A stretch of 63,680 bases of DNA, counting the filler, from Octopus bimaculoides (taxonomy: Eukaryota): the NCBI RefSeq assembly GCF_001194135.2. It is 6 parts of 5 records of this genome, joined end to end, with 100 filler letters (N's around TTAATTAATTAA, not from the genome) between each part and the next. Parts side by side here need not be neighbours in the genome. Positions count along the whole stretch, not along the records: positions 1 to 26,249 come from NC_068987.1; 5 more parts are not named here. One strand, 5' to 3'. The translations under genes were made by a program, and so were the position numbers. The notes beneath the pieces are model-generated. The model had not been told where the DNA came from. It saw nothing but the letters and a program-made list of their open reading frames with translations, and made no database searches. This document shows positions 1-11,177 of the stretch, piece after piece; position 1 is the stretch's first letter, and each line of letters starts with the position of its first letter.

Positions 1-252
1 GAGGTCAATTTGGGAAGCAAAGGTTCTACCAGGATGGTCGGTTGCCTTCCTTCTAGCTACCTCATTGCGAAGCGCAATGATTTCTTGTGTAATATTTTAA
101 AATTAATTTTTAAATCAATTTCAATCATATTTTAATCTATTCGTAACTTGTAAAATTAAAAAAAAAACGTTTAAGCTTCTTCCCTCTTATGTTTGTCTGT
201 CCTTGTTTGTCTCCTCTCTGTAACGCCTCCAATGGCGAATTTTAATGAAATA

Positions 253-640
253 AAGAAGCTTGCTTCCCAACCATATGGTTCCGGGTTCACTCCCCACTGC
301 GTGACACCTTGGGCAAGTGTCTGCTATTATAGTCTCGGGCCGACCAAAGCCTTGTAAGTGGATTTGGTAGACCGAAACTGAAGAAGCCCGTCGTTTGTAT
401 ATGTATATATCTGTGTGTGTGTGCGTGTGTGTGTCTGTCTGTGTTTGTCCCCCTGCCATCGCTTGACAACGGATGCTTGTGTGTTTGTCCCCGTAACATA
501 GCGGTTCGGCAAAATAGACCGATAGAATAAGTACTAGGCTTACAAAGAATAAGTCCTGGGGTCGATTTCATCGCCTAGCACCCTTTAAGGCGGTGCTCTA
601 GCATGGCTGTAGTCAAATGACTGAAACAAGTAAAAGATTA
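253..640 (+). mobile_element. tRNA-derived SINE, family B (5'-clipped)
   Basis: aagaagcttgcttcccaacc...ccttgggcaagtgtct...(GT)n...gactgaaacaagtaaaaga; the same sequence recurs more than 10 times in the window. Confidence 0.85.
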
Positions 641-647
641 TAAGAAG

Positions 648-680
<33 letters not shown>

Positions 681-1526
681 TAAAAGAGATAGAGTAAGAG
701 TAGAGATCGAAAGAGATAGAGTAAGATTAAAGAGAGTTAAGAGTCGCACAATAAATATTCAAAGAATATTTTTTACAATAAAGTAAACAAGCAAGGTGTG
801 CGTTGCGCTACATGGATGTATCAAGGGTTCAAGAGACAGAACATAACAAGGAGAAAAAGGTAGGTGAAAGCAGAGAAAAGGGGAAACTAGACGAAAACTT
901 ATCGGACGGGAAATATAGACAAAGACACGATGCACGGNNNNNNNNNNNNNNNNNNNNNNNNNNNNNNNNNNNNNNNNNNNNNNNNNNNNNNNNNNNNNNN
1001 NNNNNNNNNNNNNNNNNNNNNNNNNNNNNNNNNNNNNNNNNNNNNNNNNNNNNNNNNNNNNNNNNNNNNNNNNNNNNNNNNNNNNNNNNNNNNNNNNNNN
1101 NNNNNNNNNNNNNNNNNNNNNNNNNNNNNNNNNNNNNNNNNNNNNNNNNNNNNNNNNNNNNNNNNNNNNNNNNNNNNNNNNNNNNNNNNNNNNNNNNNNN
1201 NNNNNNNNNNNNNNNNNNNNNNNNNNNNNNNNNNNNNNNNNNNNNNNNNNNNNNNNNNNNNNNNNNNNNNNNNNNNNNNNNNNNNNNNNNNNNNNNNNNN
1301 NNNNNNNNNNNNNNNNNNNNNNNNNNNNNNNNNNNNNNNNNNNNNNNNNNNNNNNNNNNNNNNNNNNNNNNNNNNNNNNNNNNNNNNNNNNNNNNNNNNN
1401 NNNNNNNNNNNNNNNNNNNNNNNNNNNNNNNNNNNNNNNNNNNNNNNNNNNNNNNNNNNNNNNNNNNNNNNNNNNNNNNNNNNNNNNNNNNNNNNNNNNN
1501 NNNNNNNNNNNNNNNNNNNNNNNNNN

Positions 1527-1822
1527 GAGTGTTTATTGAGCGAAAACACCTAAAGCTCCACGAGGCTCCGGCAAGGGATGGTGGCGAACCCTTCTGTACT
1601 CTTTCATCACAACTTTCTCTCACTCTTACTTCCTGTTTCTGTTGTGCTTGTAATTCAAAGGGTCAGCCTTGTCACAGTGTGTCACGCTGAATATCTCCGA
1701 GAACTACGTTAAGGGTACACGTGTCTGTGGAGTGCTCAGCCACTTACACGTTAATTTCACGATCAGGCTGTTCCGTTGATCGGATTAACTGGAACCCTCG
1801 TCGTCGTAACCGACGGAGTGCT
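1527..1822 (+). mobile_element. SINE family C (body and tail; head lost in gap)
   Basis: gtttattgagcgaaaacacctaaagctccacgaggctccggc...caactttctctcactc is shared with the copies at 31161 and 32301. Confidence 0.75.
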
Positions 1823-1889
1823 ATCATGTATGTATGCATGTATATTTCTTGAACATTTTAGAGATTGCATAAAGGAGTTTCAAATATTG

Positions 1890-2033
1890 AGAAGCTCAAG
1901 ATCTCTGGACATGAAAATTAAGATATTAAATCAAGCACAGAATGGAATGACTTCAGAGGAAACAGTGAAATATTTTTGTATTAACGAAGCAACGGTAAGA
2001 ACAACTAAAAGGAACGAAGGCAAAATCCCAGCC
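1890..2033 (+). mobile_element. Tigger/pogo transposase N-terminal (CENP-B/Psq-type HTH) relic
   Basis: RSSRSLDMKIKILNQAQNGMTSEETVKYFCINEATVRTTKRNEGKI resembles the Tigger N-terminal HTH pattern (R+SISL+xKxxIIxxxExG...NESTIRTIxKNxxKI). No DDE domain follows. Confidence 0.6.
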
Positions 2034-2080
2034 TATATAATAGTTTCAAACTTTTACACAAAGCCAGCAATTTTAGGCTA

Positions 2081-2410
2081 AGTTGATTACATCGGTTCCA
2101 TTGTTCACCTGGTACTTATTTTATTGACCCCGAAGAAAATGAAATATAAAGTTGAACACCATAGAATTTGAATTCATAATAGCTAGGTCTTCGGTAACAT
2201 TAAAACACACATTATGCAGAATCGTTAACTCGCCAGGCAAAATATTAAGCGGCATTTCGTCAGTCTTTAGGATCTGAGTACAAATTCCGCCGAAGCCAAC
2301 TTTGTCTTTCATCTTTTCAGGGTCGATAAAATAAGTGCCAGCTGGCCACTAAAATTGATGCAATCGAATAACCCCCTCCCCCGAAATTGCTGGCCTTGTA
2401 CCAAAACTTC
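2081..2410. mobile_element. Two degenerate family-A SINEs, head-to-head (- at about 2081-2200, + at about 2217-2410)
   Basis: ctggtacttattttattgaccccgaa (reverse complement of the family-A core) followed by cagaatcgttaactcgccaggcaaaat...caaattccgccgaagccaactttgtctttcatc. Confidence 0.7.
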
Positions 2411-2419
2411 AAACCAATT

Positions 2420-2649
2420 CAACTTTACGATGAAAGTAAACAAACAAAGTTTGTCTTTAGAAGCGTTGAGATGTATTGTAAGAAACAGAAATAAATTTAT
2501 TTCTCAAACGCGTGATAACGCTATAAATAGCTTGATCAGGATAAATATTCCATATAATGCAGAAAAATACGTTACCGGCCAGCCATGAGACTCGAACTCA
2601 CATCTCTGTGATTACATGTCAAGTGTTTTACCATTAAACTAAACTACCC
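2420..2649 (-). mobile_element. Old tRNA-headed SINE, family D
   Basis: The minus strand begins ggtagtttagtttaatggtaaaacac...gagttcgagtctc (A-box/B-box-like). Its 3' body matches 50445-50590 on the + strand. Confidence 0.6.
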
Positions 2650-3226
2650 AGCAACGAATTCTTCTGCAATTTTTAGAACTTATAAATTTAGCTTCATAAG
2701 ACGCTAACGATTCAAACCAATGTATTATATATATACAATAGGCATACACACATCCTAAGTTCAAATTCTGTTGGGGTCAACTTTGCCCTTCACCCATCTG
2801 GAATCGATAAAATATAGTACCAATCATGCAGTAGAGTCGATAGTGTCGACAAACCCCTTTCGATTCAAAATTATTTATTTCTTGTCTACATCATAAACCT
2901 TTACCACTGTTCACGTATAAAACAAATTATTGTTTAGTAAAATTCATTTTTTCTTTTGCTTGAAACAGTGTACTGAAGCTCACTGTAGGTTTATTTTCGT
3001 TTTCTTTTTTTTTTTTCATCCTGGTGTGCACAGTAGCTTAGAAATATATATAGCACGGCGGTTAGATCTCTGTATTAGTTAGATACAACATCTATTCATC
3101 CAGCCGCGCACTCAGTCAAACATGATTGTTATTCACTGTAGGTCACAGAACTAACCCAGCCCTTTACTACTTCTGACAACTTACCGCTTTCAATGGACAA
3201 CTAAGTATCTTAAAAGCATATACTTT

Positions 3227-3680
3227 GAAGGCAGCGAGCTGGCAGAAACGTTAGCACGCCGGGCGAAATGGTTAGCGGTATTTCGTTTGCCGTTACGTTC
3301 TGAGTTCAAATTCCGCCGAGTTCGACTTTGTCTTTGCATCCTTTCGGGGTCGATGAAATAAGTACCAGTTACACACTGGAGTTGAATTAGCGACTTAATC
3401 CGTTTGTCTGTCCTTGTTTGTCCCCTCTGTGTGTAGCCCCTTGTGGGCAATAAAGAAATAAGAAACATTAGCACGCCGGGCGAAATGCTTAGCGGTATTT
3501 CGTTTGCCGTTACGCTCTGAGTTCAAATTCCGCCGAAGTCGACTTCGCCTTTGCATCCTTTTGGGGTCAATTAAATAAGTACCAGCTACGCACGAAGGCA
3601 GATGTAATCGACTTAATCCCTTTGTCTTTCCTTGTTTGTCCCCTTTATGTTTAGCCCCCTGTGGGCAATAAAGAAATAAA
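3227..3680 (+). mobile_element. Family-A SINE tandem dimer
   Basis: Full copy 3227-3461 (aggcagcgagctggcagaaacgttagcacgccgggcgaaatg...gttcaaattccgccgag...aaagaaataa), immediately followed by a head-clipped second copy ending at 3680. Confidence 0.9.
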
Positions 3681-4086
3681 ATATTTCAGAAATGAAAGAT
3701 AAACGAATAATTGTAAATATTTGTTTGATGAAATATTACGTGGGTATCCTTTAGAAAATATTCGAAAATAAACATAAAATATTAACTGTCTAAAGGAAGC
3801 ATAATAAAAGCAATCACTTGTCTGGGGAAAAAGTATCAAAGCAGTCATTTGTTAAGTAATGTGGCAAGATTGTTTACTTAGGATTTTCTCCCCAAAGCAG
3901 ATTGTTTGTTCTTCATTTGTTCTGATTAAATTACCTCTACTTAAACATTTTGTAACTAAAGTAATGTCCTTAAGCAACTTCAGACTAAATAGCCTTCAAA
4001 TTCCTAAGAACATTGCAGCCTTGTTCACATTTAGCATTTGCTCAGTGATTTCATGGCCAAACAAAATGGTTTTCTTTTTATTGTTA

Positions 4087-4246
4087 CGCGTGGCTGCGTG
4101 GTAAGAAGCTTGCTTCGCAGCCACATGGTTCCAGATTCAGTCCCACTGCGTGCCACTTTGGGCATGTGTCTTCTACTATAGCCTCGGGCTGACCAAAGCA
4201 TTATGAGCGGATTTAGTAGACGGAAACTGAAAGACGCCCGTCGTAT

Positions 4247-4296
<50 letters not shown>

Positions 4297-4470
4297 CTGC
4301 CTGTGTTTCTCTCCTCACCATCACTTGACAACCGGTGTTGGTGTGTCTGCATCACCGTAACTTAGCGGTTCGGCAAAAGAGACCTCTAGAATAAGTACTA
4401 GGCTTACTTCATTCGACTAAAAAACCGAAGCATGGCCGCAATCTAATGACTGAAGTAAAAGATAAAAGAT
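4087..4470 (+). mobile_element. SINE family B, near full length
   Basis: cgcgtggctgcgtggtaagaagcttgcttc...internal (GT)n...gcatggccgcaatctaatgactgaagtaaaagataaaaga. Confidence 0.88.
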
Positions 4471-4669
4471 TAAGATGAAAAAGAAAATAATCTATGAGGT
4501 AATGACACTGACTTTCCGAATACCGATGGTCTGGAACCCCTTATAATCGCACTAATTCATGAGCAGGAACAAGCGGTCGCCGGACTAGTTTACTGGTACC
4601 TTGCACAGTCATTATTGATACACTTGTATCATATATACTAAATGAAATACAGATACCTGTATGTTTTAT

Positions 4670-5037
4670 TTTTTACTTGTTTCAGTGATCCAACTACGGC
4701 CTTACTGGAACACAGCCTTGAATGGTTTTAGTCGAACAGATCCACTCCAAAACTTTTTTTAAAAGCCTAGACACATTCTATCGGTGTCTTTTGCCGAGCC
4801 ACTAAGTTACGGGAACGTAAACGCACCAACACCAGTTGTCAGACACAAAGACACACACACATACATATACATATATAAATATGTGTGTACGTGTGTGTGT
4901 GCGACAAGTTTCTTTCAGTTTCTGTCTACCAAATACACTCACAAGACTTTGGTTGGCTCGAGGCTATAATAGAAGACACTCGCCCAAGGTGCCACGCAGT
5001 GGGACTGAACTCAGAACCATGTGGTTAGGAAGCACAC
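4670..5037 (-). mobile_element. SINE family B
   Basis: Reverse complement of family B: tttacttgtttcagt...agaagacactcgcccaaggtgccacgcagtgggactgaac. Confidence 0.85.
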
Positions 5038-5508
5038 AGTAACACCTTTATGAAAATTTAATATTTGTTTAACTTAGAGGGCGACTACGCCCATTTTCGA
5101 AAAATTAGGAAACTAGAATGGTTTTGGAACCAAAGGTTTCGGAAAATCGATGTTAAAACTGCGTTGCAGATACAAAATATGTCAGTGGATCTCATCTCGA
5201 AGAATATATACTAAAGAATGTTGGACCTGAAACCTCACAGTGGTTTAAACAAGAAAAACAATCTACTAATGCAATTAGCAGTATGTTTCCGTCTCCCTGT
5301 TTGTCCGTCTCTGGGATATATACATTACAGGTAATAAACTACTAAGGTAATTTTAAGCTAATTTTCCAGAAACACTGGTAAGCTGAGCATTTATAACTTC
5401 AGCGTCTATATTTCGTTGGAACCCTTTCAAGTAATTTAACTAAGAAATGTACATAAGTTCAACTTATTTGTATGTAGTTACACATACAAACATGTAAATG
5501 TGTGCGTA

Positions 5509-5510
5509 CG

Positions 5511-5545
<35 letters not shown>

Positions 5546-5563
5546 ATGCGTGCGTGCGTGCGT
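5509..5563. repeat. (GTGC)n tetranucleotide microsatellite
   Basis: Directly visible tandem gtgc run. Confidence 0.95.
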
Positions 5564-5829
5564 GTGTATTCAGTTATAATAAAAACAATTTTACATTAAT
5601 CTGATACGTATAAATCTTATACTTTTGTAGAGTACAAATTTATTGTCCCCAAACAAGAATATTATTGATAGTGACTTCAAAGTTTCGGTTAGTTAAGCCA
5701 TTGTCGCTTTGACGAGTCTACCAGCTTATAAAGAGGATTGAATAACTGAAGGATTTCTTTCAAAACAACGTCACTTTAGGTCTTAGATAAAGGATGCTAT
5801 CTCATTTTCGGATATGACAGTAATTAGAA

Positions 5830-7330
5830 TGTTTTGATATCAGATCAACTTGGATATTGTTTTTAATGTTCAACTGTTTTCTGTACTTTGCTCTCAAATT
5901 CACAAGTGTAGAAATTACTTATTCGCTAGAGTAGCTTGTTGCAAAAGGCATTTATATTTTTGTCTTTTTCTCAAATATAACTCTGAAAACGCTTCCAATT
6001 TTCAGAGACCTTCCATGTTTTGAAATTCCGTGAGCACTTTATGCTCGGATCGAAGTTTATGAAGTATCTGCACTGATCCTTAGGGTTTTCAAGCACATCG
6101 TCAATTTTATAGTTATAGGGATTCGCAGCTCGAATGTATGCAAATTAAGGTCTAGAATGTAATAAGAGAACCGCTGCTTGAGTCTGAACTTGTAACTGAG
6201 TCCTAGCTGTTACCAAGACTGATTTCCTCACAATATCCTAAAATCGTTGCTAGATTTGGAATAGTGACTGTTTTGTTTCAATTTACTTTCTAGTTCAAGC
6301 ACAGAGAAGCTTTCGCTCAAATGTTGAGATATTTATCCGTGCTAAAACGACATTGATGTTTTATCCATTATAATTCTTTGTTCAATGAAATGGTATGCTC
6401 AAAAGATATCACACTTAACACAAGAAATGAGTCCACCAAATGAAGTTTCTGAATTAATCTGCAAGCACATGTTTTTGTTCCAACAGATTTTTTTTAAATT
6501 TCAATTGTAAGAGCTCAAACACTATTAAGGATTCCTCCATATGATGTCATAAAGAGGCCTGAGAATAAAGTTTACCTCATCTCCACATAAATTACGAAGC
6601 AGCTGTGTATATAATGGATAGCGATAATCTTCAGTACATTATTGACTTTTGTTTAGATTCCATTTGCTTTACCACCAATCATTGGCGATGAATAATATGA
6701 GCTTAGGTTCTACTTTTTGCCAGATCCATATAACCATTGGCGGCTGGAGCGCCGTCAGCAGATAATCCAATGCAATCTATTCATTTCAAATCAACGTATG
6801 ATGTTTGGAAATATGAATCAACTTTTGCATCGGACAAAATGCCATTCGGTATTTCTTAAACCCCTTTACGTTCTGAGTCCAAATTTCGCCAAGGTCAACT
6901 TTACTTTCCCTCCCTCACAGTACCAGTCAAATATTGAAGTCGATGATATCGACTAACTTCCTCACTTCAAAATTGCTGACCTTACTCCAAATTAGAAGAA
7001 TATGAATTACTTCAAAGTTTGGGTTCTGATTTTTAAAAATTTTTGTTGCCAGAGCCATAAAACCATTAACATTAGGCTGGAATGCCGTCAAAAGTGAACC
7101 CATGACAATCTGTTCATTTCAAATCAACGCATGATGTTTAGAAATATGATCAATGTTTCAGAAGACATCAACTCCATGTGATCTCAACTCAAGTGAAGAA
7201 CAGACCAGTTATTCTTTATTGCATCAGAATTCATATCAGGATACACGCCATCAGTTGTGAATTGCTACTGACATCTGTAATCTCATCAAACTCTACAGCA
7301 AAATCATTGCTTTCTTTATACGAAGAAATC
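5830..7330 (-). mobile_element. Decayed hAT (Buster/Charlie/ZBED5-like) transposase
   Basis: Minus-strand fragments: FAVEFDEITDVSSNSQLM (first catalytic D region, consensus FAIQLDESTD), DGAPA, HIIHRQ (consensus HCIIHRQ), and C-terminal MPFATSYSSE*VISTLVNLRAKYRKQLN (hAT dimerisation domain). Many stops and frameshifts; interrupted by a family-A SINE. Confidence 0.8.
6827..6998 (+). mobile_element. Degenerate family-A SINE inserted in the hAT relic
   Basis: tttacgttctgagtccaaatttcgccaaggtcaactttactttc...gtaccagtc. Confidence 0.7.
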
Positions 7331-7815
7331 AAATGCAGCTTTCTTGTTTCTTTTTTAATTTTTCCTCCTTTCAACAGCTATTTCCCATTTCTCATATTAT
7401 TCCTTCAGTTTATAATGGAGACATGTGTAGTTTGTCAAAATATTTCTTCCATCGATACTTTTTGAAATATTCTAAACGCTGCAGTTTCAGTTATCCTTTG
7501 TTCACTGTTTATGAAATTTAGAAAATCTGCCTGGTATTTTCATTTCTTGATTGACGTCAGCACTTTTCAAAGTTAAGAGTCAAATGATAAAAAGAAAAAA
7601 AGAATCATATATGAAAATTCTAAATAAACTTAGAGGAAAATACAAAAATTTATATAGCGTCATTTTTTGTAATATATATTCTATAAAGTAAAAATCGGTT
7701 TCTTTTCGACTATTAAGCAATCAAGACCATTCTAAATAGGGGAAAATACGCACATATATAAATGTGTATATATAAACACACATACATACATTCATATATA
7801 TACATACAAACACAA

Positions 7816-7880
<65 letters not shown>

Positions 7881-7985
7881 GAAGCTATAGAGGAAGATAC
7901 TTACCCAAGGTGCCACGCAGTGGGACTGAACCCGGAACCATGTAGTTGGGAAGTTAGCTTCTTATCACGCACCCACGCCTGCGCC
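7881..7985 (-). mobile_element. SINE family B head fragment
   Basis: cccaaggtgccacgcagtgggactgaacccggaaccatgtagttgggaag. Confidence 0.8.
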
Positions 7986-8306
7986 GATAAATGTTAACTT
8001 TTTTTTAATTTTTATTTTTGGCTACTGGAGAAGAAAGGTCGGTCAACTGTGTGGATGACGGTTATTGAGTCAGAAACACGTCTGCGACTGTCCTTTTATC
8101 TCCAGACAATAAACGTGTTCTTTTCCTTAATTGTATATNNNNNNNNNNNNNNNNNNNNNNNNNNNNNNNNNNNNNNNNNNNNNNNNNNNNNNNNNNNNNN
8201 NNNNNNNNNNNNNNNNNNNNNNNNNNNNNNNNNNNNNNNNNNNNNNNNNNNNNNNNNNNNNNNNNNNNNNNNNNNNNNTTTTAGATCTTTTATTTCTTTT
8301 GTTTGT

Positions 8307-8679
8307 TTTTTTACTTGTTTCAGTCATTAGACTGCGGCCATGCTGGGGCATCGCTCTGGAGAATTTTTGTCGAACGAATCGACCCCAGTACTTTCTTCTT
8401 TTAAGCCAAGTACTTATTCTAACGGTCCCTTTTTACAGAACCGCTAGGTTACAGGGACGTAAACATACCCGCACCGGTTGTGAAGCGGTGGTGGGGGGTT
8501 AACACGCACACACATATTCGACAGGCTTCTCTTTGTTTCCGTCTCCCAAATCTACTCACAAGGCTTTGGTCGGCCCCAGGCTATAGTAGAAGACACTTGC
8601 CCAAGGTGCCACACTGTGTGATTAAATCCAGAATCATGTGGTTGGGAAGCAAGCGTCATACCACGCAGCCACGCCTACG
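8307..8679 (-). mobile_element. SINE family B
   Basis: tttacttgtttcagtcattagactgcggccatgctgggg...agaagacacttgcccaaggtgccac...ccacgcagccacgcc. Confidence 0.88.
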
Positions 8680-9089
8680 ATGTGGAAATAATTTTAATAA
8701 ACCAGGGATTTATGTTATATGGTATTTGACATAGCTGTATTTGTCTATTTTACCCTATTTGTGGAGGTTTACTCTAACCCACAGAACCGTGACTAGCAGT
8801 CTCTCGCCGCTACCGTCGTCATCGTCATCGTAGTAGTAGTCGTCGCTGTTGCTTTAATAAACAACAATACAACAGCTGTACACGCTGGTGTAACGTTTAA
8901 CAATCTCGGCCCCGATAATTGTACAGATTTATGCTTACAGGCATTCCAGCTGTGGCCATTCCGTATATTATATATCAGAGACAATATTTGTCTAATGTAT
9001 CCTTCTTTATTAAAGAGAATAGCGTATAATTGAAGAGAAATTAGGTTGCACATACTAGCGGGTCTAGTGATCACGTAGAGCTTTCGTGG

Positions 9090-9280
9090 ATGTTGTTTAA
9101 CCATTAGCCTGCTCTAATTGAGCAGACATGACAGCGTTCCAACCATGACAAGCCAATCTTTCTCTACACCAGAGATTATACGGCCCGATGTAAACCTATT
9201 TTTAAGATGAAATGGTATATATGAGGAAATTTGGTTTCTGTTTCTTGCTGGTCGAATGACCATGTAGAGGTTCCTTCTTG
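9090..9280. repeat. Dispersed repeat family E fragment
   Basis: The segment gaggaaatttggtttctgtttcttgc resembles ggagatttggttgctatttcttgc at about 56460 and the reverse complement at about 24080 and 24320. Confidence 0.45.
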
Positions 9281-9889
9281 GCTTGTTGATGTTGATATTG
9301 TTTTTGTAGTTGCTTTTGATGTTGTAACTGCTGTTTTTGTTGTTGCTTAACTAATTGCCATTCCTATTGTTGTGTTAATTATTATTGCTGTCGTTGTAAC
9401 CCCTGGGTAATTGTTTGCACCGCCGTCGCCGTCGTTGTCGTGTGACAACTGTTGTATACTATATCTGCGTGTCTATTCAATACGTTTAATGGTCGTTCTG
9501 CTTGAATAAATCAATGTTATGTAAATAATGAATTCAATATTTGCGTGACCTAAAAATACGCAGGATAAACTTTTACCGATTATAGGCTTGTACACCCAGG
9601 ATTTGTTGTTTAGAATTTCATTTTTATTAAGTAAAAACGCAGTAAAAGAAGCGATCTTTAGTTTTAGGTACATAAAACTAACCTGCTATGATTGATAAAA
9701 CAAATCAATCTAGTAAAGTAAAACGAAAAATAGACTTCGGTACCCTGAATAACCGAAACGATTATACGAGCGTTTAAAAGTAAGTCAATTATCAAAAGCC
9801 ATTTTCTTTAACTTCTAGAATTTTCCAAAAGATTTCTTGAATTTTTTGAAGCTACTAGGCTAACATCGTAAAAAATAAAACATTATATC

Positions 9890-9926
9890 TCTATATATGT
9901 ATGTGTATGTGTGTGTGTACGTATAT

Positions 9927-9983
<57 letters not shown>

Positions 9984-9990
9984 CATATAT

Positions 9991-10070
<80 letters not shown>
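9890..10070. repeat. Compound (CA)n/(TA)n microsatellite
   Basis: Directly visible. Confidence 0.95.
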
Positions 10071-10072
<2 letters not shown>

Positions 10073-10259
10073 TCAAAGTCGGGTTTACTATTTTATAGTG
10101 AAATGTCCGCAGTGGCTATTGTGTTCTTGACGTCGGGGTTACCATTTTACAGTGATGTCGATTAAGTGACATCCTATAATTTAATAAGCATGAGAGAAGG
10201 AGGGGGTCACCATCTTGCACGTAATGACAAGAAAAGAATTTACGAGACGTTTGTAATAA

Positions 10260-11170
10260 GTCATGACATATCTATTACCGGAATGAAGGAAAAGCTTGTA
10301 ACATCACATGAACATATTCTTTTGCAACCACGTCTCCAAGCAATGAGGCGAACATACGCCAGTTTTGCGGGGGCATCTCTGGTAATCTGGATGATGTTTA
10401 TCTTCTCCTCCCGGCCGTAGAGAATGGTAGCTGCTATCCACGCCGCCTCTACCTCTGGTGGTCTATTTTTTAATTTTGATCCGGGAGGTTCTTCTTCCCA
10501 AATACAAGGGCAGAAGCAGAATATTTCCATTTTGCACAGTTCGAGTCGAGAAGTCTCTGGCCTTCTCAGCCGACTCGAACAGTACTTCAATGGTTGCGAA
10601 CCTGGTACTTCTTGCCAGGTATTTAATTTCCTTTAATATTGGCCCGAGGCATTTTTCGATAGTTGATTCCTCTAGATGTTCGAACTTTTTCTTCTTGAAT
10701 GATTTGTATATAATCGTTTTCTCTTTAGTCATTGTAATCATCCCGTTAGGAGGCGTTATAGTGCTGTTTCCGTCTTTTTCGGTTATCATGCCGAAATACT
10801 GTTGTATTTCTTCTTTATGAAATTCAACTTTCGTCGGTCCGCCAACAGCGGCAGCAAAATTTTTTTTTTTTTTTTTTTGGTTGTTGTCCATCCATTTTTT
10901 AAAAAACAATTTGTACAAACAAGTACACAAATTTATACAAGAAACAAGTTCCACAAAGGAACGCAGTTCACAAAAATTTCAAACAAACAGTATCAGTTTT
11001 TCTACCTTTCCCCCAAGAGGGAGGATAAAAATTAACAAAAATTATTCCCAATGGAATAATAAACAACGGGAAACCACAAATACACGAAAAACAATTAGTA
11101 TCAACAATAACAATATCCAAAGCAGCTTACGTTGTGATAGAAAACAATCCAACAGACAGACAAGCAATGA
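10260..11170 (-). mobile_element. 5' UTR plus ORF1-like fragment of a LINE (L1/Tx1-like?), frameshifted and 3'-truncated
   Basis: ORF 10463-10954 (-) MDNNQKKKKKNFAAAVGGPT...LPLYLGRRTSRIKIK continues after a frameshift in an A-run as KNRPPEVEAAWIAATIL. The basic N-terminus and TxIKIKNxPPE segment resemble LINE ORF1 RRM regions. The family assignment is tentative. Confidence 0.45.
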
Positions 11171-11177
11171 AAGGCAA

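Noticed and set aside
803-1690. Long ORFs in the track spanning N-runs or microsatellites (poly-X, HT/CV/YI/K/S/L repeats)
   Set aside because: Open only because N, (CA)n, (TA)n and (GAA)n lack stop codons.
2578-2649. tRNA-like sequence on the minus strand (also heads at 31161, 32301, 57693)
   Set aside because: No complete cloverleaf, and each continues into a SINE body: SINE heads, not tRNA genes.
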